From the NCBI GenBank assembly GCA_963662615.2, contig CAXXSR010000002.1, positions 544,001 to 608,000 of the forward strand: 64,000 nt of DNA, written 5' to 3'. The first letter of the stretch is position 1. Every line of letters begins with the position of its first letter. The notes below the pieces were generated by a model. That model saw only the letters and a list, made by a program, of their open reading frames with translations, did not search any database and was not told the origin of the DNA. Below, piece by piece: positions 37,186 through 48,013 of the stretch. The position numbers and the translations under genes were made by a program. The DNA is from Dehalococcoidia bacterium. Lineage in GTDB: Bacteria; Chloroflexota; Dehalococcoidia; Bin125.

Positions 37186-38313
37186 TCACAGGAGCGCGAG
37201 ATTGTTGCGGTGAATCACCTCGACCCCGTACACGTAGCCCAGGATCACTTCGATGCGGTCGGATCGCTGTCCGCGGATCCGCTCGATATCGGCGGCGTCG
37301 TAGTTGCTCAGCCCCACGGCGACTTGGCCCCCTTCGCCGTCACGCACCTCCACCACGTCGCCGCGCGCGAAACCACCGCTCACACCCACGATGCCCGCAG
37401 CCAGCAGGCTGCGGCCGTTCCGTCGCAGCGCTCCCACCGCCCCGTCATCGACGACGATCCGCCCCGCCGAGGCCAGGCCGGAGAGCAGCCAGCGCTTGCG
37501 GCTCTCCATCCAGTTGGCGCGCGCCGGGAAGCGGGTGCCCAGCGTCTCCCCCTCGGCAAGCCGCAGCAGCGCGTCCCGCTCCTGCCCGTCGGCGATTACC
37601 ACGGTGGCTCCGGAGCCGGCCGCCAGCAGCGCCGCCTCCACCTTGGCATGCATGCCGCCGCGACCGTACTCGTCCGGAGGCCCGCCGGATCCGGCCGTCG
37701 GCGCGGCCGCGGAAACCTCCGGGATCAGCTTGGCATCCGCGAAGGTCCGCGGATCACGGTCGTAGAGGCCTGCGACGTCCGACAGCAGGACCAGCAAGTC
37801 GGCGTCCAGCAGGTTGGCCACCAGCGCCGAGAGGCTGTCGTTCTCACCAAAGACGCCGCCGCGCAGCTCCTCGTCGGCGACGACGTCGTTCTCGTTGATG
37901 ACCGGCACCACGCCCGCCCGCAGCAGCTCGACCAGTGTGTTGCGCGCATTGAGGTAGCCGGCGCGGTCGGCCAGGTCCGCCTGCGTCAACAGCGCCTGCG
38001 CCGCGATCAGTCCGTGGGCGCGCAGGAGGGAGTCGTAGCGCTCCATCAAGTGGCTCTGGCCGATGGCCGCGAGCACCTGCCGCTGCTCAATATTGCTCTG
38101 CTTTGGGGTGGGACCCAGGCGGTCCCGCCCCGCCGCGACGGCGCCGCTGGTCACCACCGCGACCCCTGCCCCGGCCTTCACCAGCGTCGCGACCTGGCGG
38201 ACCAGGTCCGCCATCACTTCTGCGTCGAGCCGCGTCCCGCCGCCGGTGAGCAGCTTCGTGCCGAACTTGACCACGATGCGCCGCCCTTGCAAGGAACCGG
38301 CGCCGTTCGTCAT
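37186..38313 (-). CDS. proB: Glutamate 5-kinase
   Basis: RIVVKFG, VTSGAV, PVINEND, PUA domain, VIHRNNL. Confidence 0.96.
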   Translation of the reverse strand: MTNGAGSLQGRRIVVKFGTKLLTGGGTRLDAEVMADLVRQVATLVKAGAGVAVVTSGAVAAGRDRLGPTPKQSNIEQRQVLAAIGQSHLMERYDSLLRAHGLIAAQALLTQADLADRAGYLNARNTLVELLRAGVVPVINENDVVADEELRGGVFGENDSLSALVANLLDADLLVLLSDVAGLYDRDPRTFADAKLIPEVSAAAPTAGSGGPPDEYGRGGMHAKVEAALLAAGSGATVVIADGQERDALLRLAEGETLGTRFPARANWMESRKRWLLSGLASAGRIVVDDGAVGALRRNGRSLLAAGIVGVSGGFARGDVVEVRDGEGGQVAVGLSNYDAADIERIRGQRSDRIEVILGYVYGVEVIHRNNLALL

Positions 38314-38480
38314 TGCACCCCTCCGCGTTGCCTGGAACCGCGCCCCCACTCTAGGCCAAGAGACGGACCGTCCGACAGCATGGAGCTGCGATACGCGGGC
38401 GGAGGATCTGCCGGCGCTCCCCCCGCCGCGATCGGCACCTCGGAGAAGCCTCCTCTCGGGCGGGGGCGCATAATGGAAGC

Positions 38481-39742
38481 GTGAAGCTCGACCCGTACTA
38501 CTGGCGCCACTGGTGGGCTGTCCATCTGCGCTGGTGGGCGGGCGACGCCAAGCTCCTCTTCCGTCGCACCTTCAGCGAATTCTCGGACGACCACTGCACG
38601 CAGCTGGCCGCCGGCATCTCCTACTACGTCCTCTTCTCAATTTTTCCGCTCGCCATCCTCGTCGTCTCCATCAGCGGCCTCATCCTCACCAATGACGACC
38701 TGCGCCGCGACGTGGTCGGCGAGCTGTTCGAGATCTTGCCCCTCGACGCCGAGGGCGAGGGTGATCTGGAAGATGCCATCGACAGCGTGGCGACGCCGTT
38801 CTCGGTCATCGGCCTGATCGGCATCCTGGGCTTGCTCTGGTCCGCCTCGGGCATGATGGGCGCCCTGCGCCAGGCCCTCAATCAGGCCTGGGATCTTGAC
38901 TACCGTCGCCCGTTCCTGCGCGGCAAGTCGGTGGACCTGATCATGGTCCTGAGCATGGGCTTCCTCTTGGCCCTGTCGATTGGCTCCACGATCTTCCTGC
39001 AGGTCGCGCGCCGCGTCAGCGACGACCTCTCGGACCTCCTCGGCCCCGTTGGCGCCGGCGCGACGCTCAGCTTCGAGGTGGTTGCGGTCCTCGTGCCGCT
39101 CACGTTCTCCTTCGCCACCTTCATGTTCATCTTCAAGTTCGTGCCCAGCGTCAAGACCCGCTTTGTCTACATCTGGCCCGGCGCGCTCCTGTCGGCGGTG
39201 CTCTTCGAGATCGTCAAGAACAGCTTCGCGTTTTATCTGCGTAACTTCGGCAACTTCGACGCCATCTACGGCTCCCTGGGGGCGCTGATCGCTTTCCTCT
39301 TCTTCGTCTTCATCAGCGCGAACATCATGCTCTTGGGGGCGGAGATGGCGGCCGAATGGCCCCGCGTCATCCACGGCCACTACGACGAGGATCTGGCCCG
39401 GCCCGGCCGCGCCGGCTCACGACGGCAGCGGCTGCGGGCGTCGCTCCGCGCCCTGATCCACCACGAGGAGGAAGCGCCCGAGCATATTGACGACACGTCC
39501 GCCGGCGAGTCCCGCCGCCAGCGGAAGACCGATGAGTTCGAGCGGCGCCTGCGCGAGCGTCCATCCCCGCGGGCGGAATCCGACGCGTCACCGGACAGTG
39601 CGCCCCCGGACAGTGCGCCCCCGGACACAGTGCGCCCCCGGACAACGTGCCCCCGGACAACGTGCCCCCGGACAGTGCACCCCCAGACAACGCGTCCCCT
39701 GAAACGTCGGCGGAACCGGCCTCGCGGGATCCCCCCGGTTGA
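38481..39742 (+). CDS. YihY/BrkB-family membrane protein; C-terminal repeat tail frameshifted
   Basis: AAGISYYVLFSIFP, PGALL, YGSLGALI, LLGAE. The natural stop appears to be TGA 39740-39742 in the repeat frame; the 735-aa ORF results from a 2-nt insertion. Confidence 0.85.
39591..39700 (+). repeat. 15-bp coding tandem repeat (PDSAP/PDNVP) x7, third unit 17 bp
   Basis: CCGGACAGTGCGCCC units; one reads CCGGACACAGTGCGCCC. Confidence 0.9.
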
Positions 39743-39770
39743 CCGCTCGGCGCCGTCTTGGCGGCCGGCG

Positions 39771-40130
39771 CTAGCCCTCTTCCGACTTGACCAGACCGAC
39801 GACGTGCCCCTCCGGATCGCTGAAGATGGCGATGGTCGGCCCGCCCGGGATCTCCATGGCCGGCATCAGCGTCCTGCCGCCCAGCTCCCCCACCTGCTGC
39901 AGCGTAGCCTCGGGGTCGTCCACTTCCACATAGATCGTCACCCACTGCTGCTCGCCGCTCTCCGGCTGGCCAATGCCGCCGTCGATGCCGCGCCCCGCGT
40001 TCGTATGGACCATCCGGTAGTTCATCTGCTCCAGATGTTCCAGCTCCCAGTCGAAGAGCTGCCCGTAAAACGATGCCAGCGCTTCCCCGTCGCGGCCGTT
40101 GATCTCGAAATGCACCACCGGCTGGCCCAT
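39771..40130 (-). CDS. VOC/glyoxalase-family protein
   Basis: VVHFEI, FYGQLFDW, IYVEVDD, FSDPEGHVVGL. Confidence 0.92.
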   Translation of the reverse strand: MGQPVVHFEINGRDGEALASFYGQLFDWELEHLEQMNYRMVHTNAGRGIDGGIGQPESGEQQWVTIYVEVDDPEATLQQVGELGGRTLMPAMEIPGGPTIAIFSDPEGHVVGLVKSEEG

Positions 40131-40217
40131 GATCTCTCCCTCGCTGATCGCTCCACGCCGATCGCCGGCGCGGACCGGGCGAGAATAGCGGATCGGGCTA
40201 GTGCGATCGCGAGCGGC

Positions 40218-43200
40218 TTAGACCCTGCGCACGCCCAGGGTCACGGTTTCGCCGTGAATCGTTTCCTTGGAAAGGGTGGCGCCGCCCGTTTTCGCGTCCT
40301 CCGTCGCCAGGATCTCCGAGCGCACGGCCAGGGTCTCGGCCTCCACGTAATCGCGGTGCGCCAAGACCGCCTCAATCACGCGCGGCGCGCTCTCGCCGAT
40401 GATGAACAGGTCGATGCGGTCCGCGATCTCGAACCCTGCCTCGCGACGGAGCGACTGGATGCGGTGCACGACTTCGCGCGCCGCGCCTTCGCGTCGCAGT
40501 TCCGGGCTGATCTCCGTGCTCACGGCCACGGTGTAGGGGCCGTCGTGCGCCGTCGCCGCGCCCGCCCGCTCGCGCAGCTCGACCAGCACGTCATCCGGCG
40601 CCAGCCTGAAGCCCTCGATCTCAATCGATTCCCCGGCCGCCACCGCTGCGGCCACGCGGGTCGCGCCCTCCCCGCTGAGCGACCGTAGCGCGCCGCCCAG
40701 CCGCCCCACGTCCCTGCCCAGCCGCGGTCCCAGGCGGGGCAAATTGGGTCTCAGCACCGTCTCCACCAGCCCCGCCGACGCTTCCACCACGTTCAAGCGC
40801 TTCACGTTCAGTTCGTCCAGCAACATCCATTCGTAGCGGCGGACGGTCGCCTCCTCGTCCGGGTCGCGCAGCGCCACAAGCATCTCCGCCAGCGGTTGGC
40901 GCACCTTCAGGCCGGCCTTGCTGCGCGCCGCCCGTCCCAGCGACGCCAGCCGCTGCACCAGCCGCATCTCCTCGTTCCGATCCCGGTCGATCAGGGCCGC
41001 GTTCGCCTCCGGCCACGCCGCCAGATGCACCGACTCGGGCGCATCTTCGTCCATCTGGACCACCAGGTTGCGGTAGATCTCCTCCGCCACATAGGGCGTG
41101 AACGGCGCCAAGAGCTTGGCCAGCGTCGCCAAGCACTCGTAGAGCGTGTGGTACGCCGCCGCCTTGTCGGCATCGTCCTCCGACTTCCAGTAGCGACGGC
41201 GGCTGCGGCGCACGTACCAGTTGCTCAGCTCCTCCACGAACTGCTCAATGGCTCGGGCCGCGCTGGTCGGGTCGTAGCCGTCCAACGCCGTCGTTACGGT
41301 GTTGATGAGGCTGTGGAGCGCGCTCAGGATCCATCGATCCAGGTCGGACGCCGCCGCGCCCGCTTCACCCGGGCCGCGCACCGCGGGAGCCGGAGCCGCC
41401 GCCGGAGCCGCCGCCGGAGCCGCCGCCGGAGCCACAGCCGGATCGAAGCTGTCGATCACGGCGTACGTGACGAAAAAGGAGTAGGTGTTCCACAGTGTCA
41501 GCAGGAACTTTCGCTGCGCCTCGCCCACCAGCTTCGAGCTGAAGCGACGCGGATTGCCGGGCGGGGCCGCCGTGTACATGTACCAGCGCAGCGCGTCCGC
41601 GCCGCGCTCGTCCAGCACCTCCCACGGGTCCACGACGTTCCCGCGCGACTTGCTCATCTTCTCGCCACCCTGGTCCAGGATGTGGCCCAGCGAGAGGACG
41701 TTGCGGTACGCGATCGGCGCCGGCGCCTCTCCGGCCTCGTGCAGCAGCGTCGCTTCGGCGTGGAGGGAGTAGAACCAGCCCCGCGTCTGGTCCACCGCCT
41801 CGCAGATGAAGTCCGCCGGGAACTGCTCCCGGAACGCCGCCTGGTTCTCGAACGGGTAGTGCCACTGGGCGTACGGCATTGCGCCGCTGTCGAACCAGGC
41901 GTCGACGACCTCCGGCACCCGTCGCATGGTCCCGTCGCACTCGCGACACGCGATCGTGATCGCGTCCACGGCCGGCCGGTGCGGGTCCGAGAGGTCAACG
42001 CTGTCGCCGTCGCGGGCGCGCTCCTTCAACTCCGCAAAGGAGCCCACCGCGACGGTGTCCCGGCACTGCTCGCAGCGCCAGAACGGCAGCGGCGTGCCCC
42101 AGTAGCGCTCGCGGCTGATCGCCCAATCCACGTTGTTGGCCAGCCAGTCGCCGTAACGCCCGTCACGGATGTGCTCGGGGTACCAGTGCATCAGCTCCCG
42201 ATTGCCACGAGTGAGCGACTCGCCCACCCGTGTCGTGGCGACGTACCAGGACGGCTTGGCGTAGTAGAGCAGCGGCGTCTCGCAGCGCCAGCAGAACGGG
42301 TAGGTGTGACGAATGACCGTCTGCCTCAAGAGCAGGCCGCGCTCTTTCAGGTCCGCGATGATTGCCACGTCGGCGTCCTTCACAAACAGCCCCGCAAACG
42401 GCGACGTCGCCCCGCTGACCCGCCCCTTGAGATCGACGGGCTGTATGAAGAGGAGATCCTCCGCGCGGCCCAGGAGGTGGTCGTCCTCGCCGAACGCCGG
42501 CGCGATGTGGACGATGCCCGTCCCCTCCTCCATCGAGACGAAGTCGGCCGTCAGCACCCGCCGTCGGGGGACGGGGCCGCGGGCCGCATCCCACTCCTGC
42601 AAGCGCCCATCTTCGAAGTGGAGGACCGGCACGCCCCACTCGCCCGGCTCGTAGAGCCCCCCCACGGTGACGCCCACCAGTTCGCTCCCCCGCAGGCGCG
42701 CCACCGGCGTCGGCGTCTCGTCAAGCAGGCCGGCGAACGTCGGCGTCAGCAGCCGCTCCGCCAGCAGCAGCCGCTCGCCCTCCTTCCCCTCCACCGCCAC
42801 GTACGTCTCCGCCGCCGCCACGGCCAGCGCCGTGTTGCCCGGCAGCGTCCACGGCGTCGTCGTCCAGGCCAGCAGGTACGTCGCGCCGTCGAAGTCGCGC
42901 AACGGGGCCGGCAGCGACTCGCGGTCGGCGGGAAACTTGACGTAGACACTGGGGTCGGGCGTGTCCTCGCGATACCCCTGCGCCACTTCGTGACTGGAGA
43001 GCGACGTCTCGCATCGCGGGCAGTGCGGCGCGGTCCGGCGCGCTTCGTAAATCAGCCCCCGGTCCCACAACGTCTTCAGGATCCACCAGCACGACTCCAC
43101 GTAGTCGGGCTCGTAGGTGATGTAGGGATCATCCATGTCCACCCAGAACGCGATCCGCTCCGTCATGTCCACCCACTGCCCCACGTAGCGCATGACGGAC

Positions 43201-43577
43201 TCGCGGCACTTCTGGTTGAACGCGGCGATGCCGTACTGCTCGATCTCCGCCTTCGACTGCAAGCCCAGCTCCCGCTCCACCTCCAGCTCCACCGGCAGGC
43301 CGTGCGTGTCCCAGCCTCCCATGCGCGGCACCCGATAGCCGCGCATGGTCTTGTAGCGGGGAAAAAGGTCCTTGAACACACGCGCCAGTACGTGGTGTAC
43401 GCCCGGCGTGCCGTTCGCGGTCGGGGGGCCTTCGTAGAACGAGTAGATCTTGTCGGCCGGGCGCTCCTCCACACTGCGACGGAAGATCGCGCGTTCCTTC
43501 CAGAACGCGCGCTGGCGCTCCTCCAGCTCTTGGAACGGCATCCGGCTGCCCACCGGCTGGAACCGCGGGCCGGGCAT
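40218..43577 (-). CDS. ileS: Isoleucine--tRNA ligase (type II-like)
   Basis: YEGPPTANG, GWDTHGLPVE, WTTTPWTLP, DWAISRERYWGTP, DQTRGWF, KMSKS. Confidence 0.97.
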   Translation of the reverse strand: MPGPRFQPVGSRMPFQELEERQRAFWKERAIFRRSVEERPADKIYSFYEGPPTANGTPGVHHVLARVFKDLFPRYKTMRGYRVPRMGGWDTHGLPVELEVERELGLQSKAEIEQYGIAAFNQKCRESVMRYVGQWVDMTERIAFWVDMDDPYITYEPDYVESCWWILKTLWDRGLIYEARRTAPHCPRCETSLSSHEVAQGYREDTPDPSVYVKFPADRESLPAPLRDFDGATYLLAWTTTPWTLPGNTALAVAAAETYVAVEGKEGERLLLAERLLTPTFAGLLDETPTPVARLRGSELVGVTVGGLYEPGEWGVPVLHFEDGRLQEWDAARGPVPRRRVLTADFVSMEEGTGIVHIAPAFGEDDHLLGRAEDLLFIQPVDLKGRVSGATSPFAGLFVKDADVAIIADLKERGLLLRQTVIRHTYPFCWRCETPLLYYAKPSWYVATTRVGESLTRGNRELMHWYPEHIRDGRYGDWLANNVDWAISRERYWGTPLPFWRCEQCRDTVAVGSFAELKERARDGDSVDLSDPHRPAVDAITIACRECDGTMRRVPEVVDAWFDSGAMPYAQWHYPFENQAAFREQFPADFICEAVDQTRGWFYSLHAEATLLHEAGEAPAPIAYRNVLSLGHILDQGGEKMSKSRGNVVDPWEVLDERGADALRWYMYTAAPPGNPRRFSSKLVGEAQRKFLLTLWNTYSFFVTYAVIDSFDPAVAPAAAPAAAPAAAPAPAVRGPGEAGAAASDLDRWILSALHSLINTVTTALDGYDPTSAARAIEQFVEELSNWYVRRSRRRYWKSEDDADKAAAYHTLYECLATLAKLLAPFTPYVAEEIYRNLVVQMDEDAPESVHLAAWPEANAALIDRDRNEEMRLVQRLASLGRAARSKAGLKVRQPLAEMLVALRDPDEEATVRRYEWMLLDELNVKRLNVVEASAGLVETVLRPNLPRLGPRLGRDVGRLGGALRSLSGEGATRVAAAVAAGESIEIEGFRLAPDDVLVELRERAGAATAHDGPYTVAVSTEISPELRREGAAREVVHRIQSLRREAGFEIADRIDLFIIGESAPRVIEAVLAHRDYVEAETLAVRSEILATEDAKTGGATLSKETIHGETVTLGVRRV

Positions 43578-43749
43578 CAGCTTCCTTTCATCCACAGGTC
43601 AGCACCACCCTAGGCGTGGGTGTCCCGTGCTGCCAGCCATCAGCACCGGCGCGCGACGTTGCCGGCCACGGCGACCCGTGTGGCCACGGCGGCGTGCAAG
43701 ACAACCCCCGACGATCTTGTGCCCGCCGCCCCGTCAGGCCGGCGCCCCG

Positions 43750-44034
43750 TCAGGCGGGCGCCCGACGCTGGATCTCCGCCGCCGCCGCGCTCGCCAGCCG
43801 CTCGCGCAGCTCGTCGGGCAGCAACTCGTCCCACTCTGTCAGGCGCTCAATCACAAAGGCGCGCGCGTCTGCACCGCTGGTGACGTCGTCGCTTGCCAGC
43901 GCTTCGGCCACCAGGCCGGCCACGACCCGGTTCGGGCGCGTCGCCACGGCCTTCGCCAGCTCCTCTTGGTCCGGGGCCTCATGGGCCGGGTAGCCGGCCA
44001 GCCGCGCTAAGTGCCGTCCCGCCGCGATCGACAT
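43750..44034 (-). CDS. Hypothetical helical protein (MSIAAGRHL...), in frame with the upstream zinc-ribbon ORF
   Basis: Internal ATG followed by about 94 aa of globular-looking sequence. Confidence 0.55.
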   Translation of the reverse strand: MSIAAGRHLARLAGYPAHEAPDQEELAKAVATRPNRVVAGLVAEALASDDVTSGADARAFVIERLTEWDELLPDELRERLASAAAAEIQRRAPA

Positions 44035-44241
44035 CGCCGCGCCGGACTTAGGCGGAGTCCGTAGACTCACCGCTCGCTGCCGGCGCCGGCGTCGGCGCCG
44101 GCGCGGCGGCGCGGGGGTTTCCCCTGGCGGGGTGGCGCCGCGGAGGAATTCGCGCACGCCGTCGTTCTGGCAGGGGCGCTGCCCCCAGCGGTTCGAGACC
44201 TCCTCAAGCTGATAGCCCAACGTCATCAGCCGCTTCACCGG

Positions 44242-44550
44242 CGAGCAGAAGACCGGCCGGTCGCCGCGCGGGATGAACGGCACCTCAATCATGTCGGCGC
44301 AGAGCGCGCAGGCTGCGGGGTGCATCTGCCGTGGTGTCCGTCCCCCAAACGACGCGGCCCCGCCGTAGCGGATGTAGCCCGTGTCGCTCTCCAGCGTGTT
44401 GCGAGTGTTCTTGCGCGCGTTCCGGCACTCCGGACAGCGCACGGGGTCGTTCTGCAGCCCTTTGCTGGCGTAGAACTCTTGCTCGCCCGCCGTGAACACG
44501 AACTCGCGGTTGCAGTCGCGGCAGGTCAGCGTTCGATCTTGGTAGGCCAC
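44242..44550 (-). pseudogene. Zinc-ribbon / CxxC-x17-CxxC protein truncated in its last CxxC and fused to unrelated sequence
   Basis: GGAG RBS and GTG; DRTLTCRDCNREFVFTAGEQEFY..KG..N.PVRCPECR and MHPAACALC...VPFIPRGDRPVFCS, then no second Cys. Confidence 0.75.
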
Positions 44551-44693
44551 GGAGTTCTCCCTACCCCGGCTCCTCGCCCATCCCGGAGGAGCCGGCCTGC
44601 TTAAACAACAACCCCGCCAGCTGCGGCGGGGCAACCGTTCCAACATCTGACTCTGCCAGTTTAGCATGCCCCACGGCGCCCTGCCGCCTCCCC

Positions 44694-46337
44694 CTACCCA
44701 GGCCCCAGCCGGGCGCGCTTCGGCCTTTTTGTCAGGTACGACTGCAGCCGCGCCGCCAGCAGCGTTGCCTCCTCCAGGCGCAGGATCAACGCGGCGCTGT
44801 AGAAGACCACCACCCCCACGACCGTCCCCGTGATCAGCGCGAAGAAGGAGTCCGGCCCGAAGTCCCCCGAATCGTCCAGCACCAGCAGCACCACGCCCAC
44901 GGCCTCCACCATCAACACCGTCGCGATCACCACGCCGTAGATCGTCGCCGCCACCTGTCGCGTCCAGAGGCCTCCCTCCAGCCGACGGTCAAGGACGACG
45001 AACAGCCCCACCGCCTCCACGATGGCGGCAACAGAGAGCGCCAGCGCCAGTCCCTGCACCTCCAGCGGTCTCCACAGGACCGCGGCGAGGACGATGTTCA
45101 GCAGCATGGCTCCGAGCGCCAGTGTGACCGGCGTGCGGGTGTCGCCCAGCGCGTAGAAGCCGCGCGACAGGATCTCAATGGCCGAATGCGCGAACAGCGC
45201 CAGAGCGTAAAACAGCAGTGCGTCCGACACCAGATCGCGCGCGGCGGCGTCGAACAGCCCCCGTTCGAACAGCGCCCGCACCAGCGGTTCGCGCAGCAGC
45301 ATCAGCCCCACGCCGGCCGGGATGGAGAGGAAGAGCGTCAATCGCAGGGCCCGCGCCACCATCTGACGCACTTCCCGTTCACCGCCGCTGGCGGCCCGTT
45401 CGGCGAGCGCGGGGAACATGGCTATGCCCAGCGACATCCCAAACATCCCCACAGGAAAGAGGAGGATGAGCCAGGCGAAGTTCAAGGCTGAAATGGCCCC
45501 CTCCTGCACGAAGGAGGCGAAGAACGTCAAGACCATGAAGTTGACCTGCGCCGCCGCCAGCCCGATCATTCGCGGCCCCATGAGCCGCAGCACCTCTCGC
45601 GCGCCCGGATCCCGCAGGTTGATGGTGGGCATGAGCCGCGCCCGCGCCGCCATCAGCGCCGGCAACTGCACCAGCAGGTGCAGGCCGCTCCCCACCACCA
45701 CCCCGATCGCCAGCGCCTCCACCCCGAACTCGTCGGAGAGGAGCAGCGCGCCCAGAATGATCGAGAGGTTGTAGAGCATGGGCGCCAGCGCCGGCAGCAG
45801 GAAGTGCCGGCGCGCGTTGAGGATGCCGGTGATCATCCCGGAGACGGCGAAGAGGATGGGCGAGATCAGCATCACTCGCGTGAGGAAGATGGCGTCATCG
45901 CGGATCTCCGCCTGGATGGCGGTGTCCTCGCCCAGGCCGGGCGCCAGCGCGGGCACAACCCATTGGGCCGTGACCAGCATCACCGCGGCAAGCGCGATCG
46001 TCCCCAACAGCACCACGTTGAGAACCGTGCTGGCGAGCCGCCAGGCTTCGTCCTCGCCCCGCCGCATGACGTAGCGGGCGTAGACGGGAATGAACGCCGC
46101 CGCCAGGGTGGCGCCCGCGAGCAGTTGGAAGACCAGCTCCGGCAGCCGTTGGGCGACGAAGAAAGCGTCCAGGTCGGCGCTGGCGCCGTACTCATTGGCG
46201 ATGATGATCGCCCGGACCGCGCCCAGGATCCGGCTGCCCAGGAAACCCAGCGCCACCAGCGTGGCGGCGCCCGCGATGGTGGTGGTCCTCCCCGTCAGCA
46301 CCGCGGCTTGAGCGGCCTCAAGAGGGCGTCGCGGCAC
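44694..46337 (-). CDS. murJ: Lipid II flippase MurJ (MviN)
   Basis: SRILGAVR, DAFFVAQRLP, AAFIPV, LFERGLFD, FYALGDTRTP. Confidence 0.93.
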   Translation of the reverse strand: MPRRPLEAAQAAVLTGRTTTIAGAATLVALGFLGSRILGAVRAIIIANEYGASADLDAFFVAQRLPELVFQLLAGATLAAAFIPVYARYVMRRGEDEAWRLASTVLNVVLLGTIALAAVMLVTAQWVVPALAPGLGEDTAIQAEIRDDAIFLTRVMLISPILFAVSGMITGILNARRHFLLPALAPMLYNLSIILGALLLSDEFGVEALAIGVVVGSGLHLLVQLPALMAARARLMPTINLRDPGAREVLRLMGPRMIGLAAAQVNFMVLTFFASFVQEGAISALNFAWLILLFPVGMFGMSLGIAMFPALAERAASGGEREVRQMVARALRLTLFLSIPAGVGLMLLREPLVRALFERGLFDAAARDLVSDALLFYALALFAHSAIEILSRGFYALGDTRTPVTLALGAMLLNIVLAAVLWRPLEVQGLALALSVAAIVEAVGLFVVLDRRLEGGLWTRQVAATIYGVVIATVLMVEAVGVVLLVLDDSGDFGPDSFFALITGTVVGVVVFYSAALILRLEEATLLAARLQSYLTKRPKRARLGPG

Positions 46338-46435
46338 TCCGGCGACCGCGTTCGCGACCTAGACACTCCGTCTGTCATGCCCATACGATACCGCCGGTGG
46401 GAGCCTGAACGGAGTCACGCCCGTGGGAGCGCCGG

Positions 46436-46756
46436 ATGCCCAATAAGCCAGCCGCGGCGAAGTACTACCGCGCTTCTCTGCGCCGCCGCCTGGGCAACAA
46501 GCCCGTGCGCACCCGCGCGCGCACCGCCGTCCGCGACGCCATCGATGCCATCGACAGCGCCGACTGGGACGACGCCGAGCAGCTCATCCCCATCGCGGTG
46601 CGCGCCCTCGACCGGGCGGCCCAGCGGCGCATCATCCACCCCAACAACGCGGCCCGACACAAGGCGCGCCTGTTGCGGCGCTACCAGGCGGCGCGGGATC
46701 CCCAGCGCAGGGCCCGCCCCCGGATGCGTCCTCCCCCCCCGGTGGAAGTGCCCTAG
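46436..46756 (+). CDS. rpsT: 30S ribosomal protein S20 with a short C-terminal extension
   Basis: MPNKPAAAK, LDRAAQRRIIHPNNAARHKARL. Confidence 0.9.
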   Translation: MPNKPAAAKYYRASLRRRLGNKPVRTRARTAVRDAIDAIDSADWDDAEQLIPIAVRALDRAAQRRIIHPNNAARHKARLLRRYQAARDPQRRARPRMRPPPPVEVP

Positions 46757-46939
46757 ACGCCGGCGCCGATCGCGGAGAGCGAAACCGAGCGGGCCACCGC
46801 CTGATCTCCGCTACGCGCCGGAGCGGCGCTCAGCGGCCAGACTCGTGACCTGCCCGCGGTCGCGCCGCGCCTCCCCTTCGACATTGCGGTGCAGCCTTGT
46901 CCGCTGCCGGCGCCGTTGAGGCGGTAGCATAGGCGGGTA

Positions 46940-48013
46940 ATGCAGGCGCTGGTGTTCCATGAGCCCGGTCGCATCACCGTGGAGTCGGTAGCCGATCCCG
47001 TTCCCGGCCCCGGCGAAGTCGTCCTCCGCATCGGGGCGGGCGGGATCTGCGCCTCCGACCTGCGCGTGTTCCGGGGCGAGAAGCACGCCGCCGCCGGCGT
47101 TGTGCCGGGCCATGAGTTCGCCGGCGACGTCGTCGAAGTCGGTTCAGGCGTTGACAGTGTCCAGGTCGGCGACCGTGTCGCCGTCTACCCCATCCTGGCC
47201 TGCGGCGGTTGCGACTTCTGCCGCCGCGGCCTGCGCAACCGCTGCCTGGCGCGCCAGACGCTCGGGTACGACCGCAACGGCGGCCTGGCTGAGTACGTCT
47301 TGCTGCCCGAGGCGATCGTGCGACAGGGCCACCTGGTGCCGCTCCCGCCCGGCCTCCCGATCGAGCGCGGAGCCATGACGGAGCCCACGGCCTGCGTGCT
47401 CAACTCGCTCGAATCCTGCGACTTGCGCGCCGGGGCGGTGGTGGCCGTGCTCGGCGCGGGCCCCATGGGGCTCTTGCACGTCGTGCTCGCACGCGCCTTG
47501 GGCGCTGGACCCATCGTCGTGGCCGAGCCCGTTGACTCCCGGCGGGCAATGGCCGCCGAACTGGGCGCAACGGTGGTCGTGGGCGGTGACGCCGAAGAGG
47601 TGGAGAGCGCCGTTCGCACTGCCGGAGCCAGCGGTGGAGCCAGCAGCGGCGCTGGCAGCGGCGCCGACGTGGTGATCGTCAGCGTTGGGTTGGACGGGCT
47701 GACGGAGCGGGCGTTGCGACTGGCGGCGCCGCGGGCGCGGATCAACCTCTTCGCGGGCTTCCCTCCGGATACGGCCGCGACTTTGGACGTGAACCATCTC
47801 CACTACAAAGAGATCGTCCTCACGGGCACGCAAAACGCCACACCCGACCAGTTCCGTCGCGCGGCGGCGCTGCTGCCCTCGCTGGACGCGCTCGATCGGA
47901 TCGTCACGCACCGCTACGCGCTCTCCCGTGGCGATGAAGCCTACGCCGTGCGTAGCGATCCCGACGCGCTCAAGTCGCTGATCCTGCCCCACACGGAGGA
48001 GGCCATCGCGTGA
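46940..48013 (+). CDS. Zn-dependent medium-chain (sugar-alcohol-like) dehydrogenase
   Basis: GICASD, PGHEFAG, CGGCDFCRRGLRNRC, GAGPMG. Confidence 0.92.
   Translation: MQALVFHEPGRITVESVADPVPGPGEVVLRIGAGGICASDLRVFRGEKHAAAGVVPGHEFAGDVVEVGSGVDSVQVGDRVAVYPILACGGCDFCRRGLRNRCLARQTLGYDRNGGLAEYVLLPEAIVRQGHLVPLPPGLPIERGAMTEPTACVLNSLESCDLRAGAVVAVLGAGPMGLLHVVLARALGAGPIVVAEPVDSRRAMAAELGATVVVGGDAEEVESAVRTAGASGGASSGAGSGADVVIVSVGLDGLTERALRLAAPRARINLFAGFPPDTAATLDVNHLHYKEIVLTGTQNATPDQFRRAAALLPSLDALDRIVTHRYALSRGDEAYAVRSDPDALKSLILPHTEEAIA

Noticed and set aside
43596-43745. T-box riboswitch upstream of ileS
   Set aside because: AGGGTGGTG resembles the T-box core, but the ACCGCG continuation and a recognisable stem I are absent.
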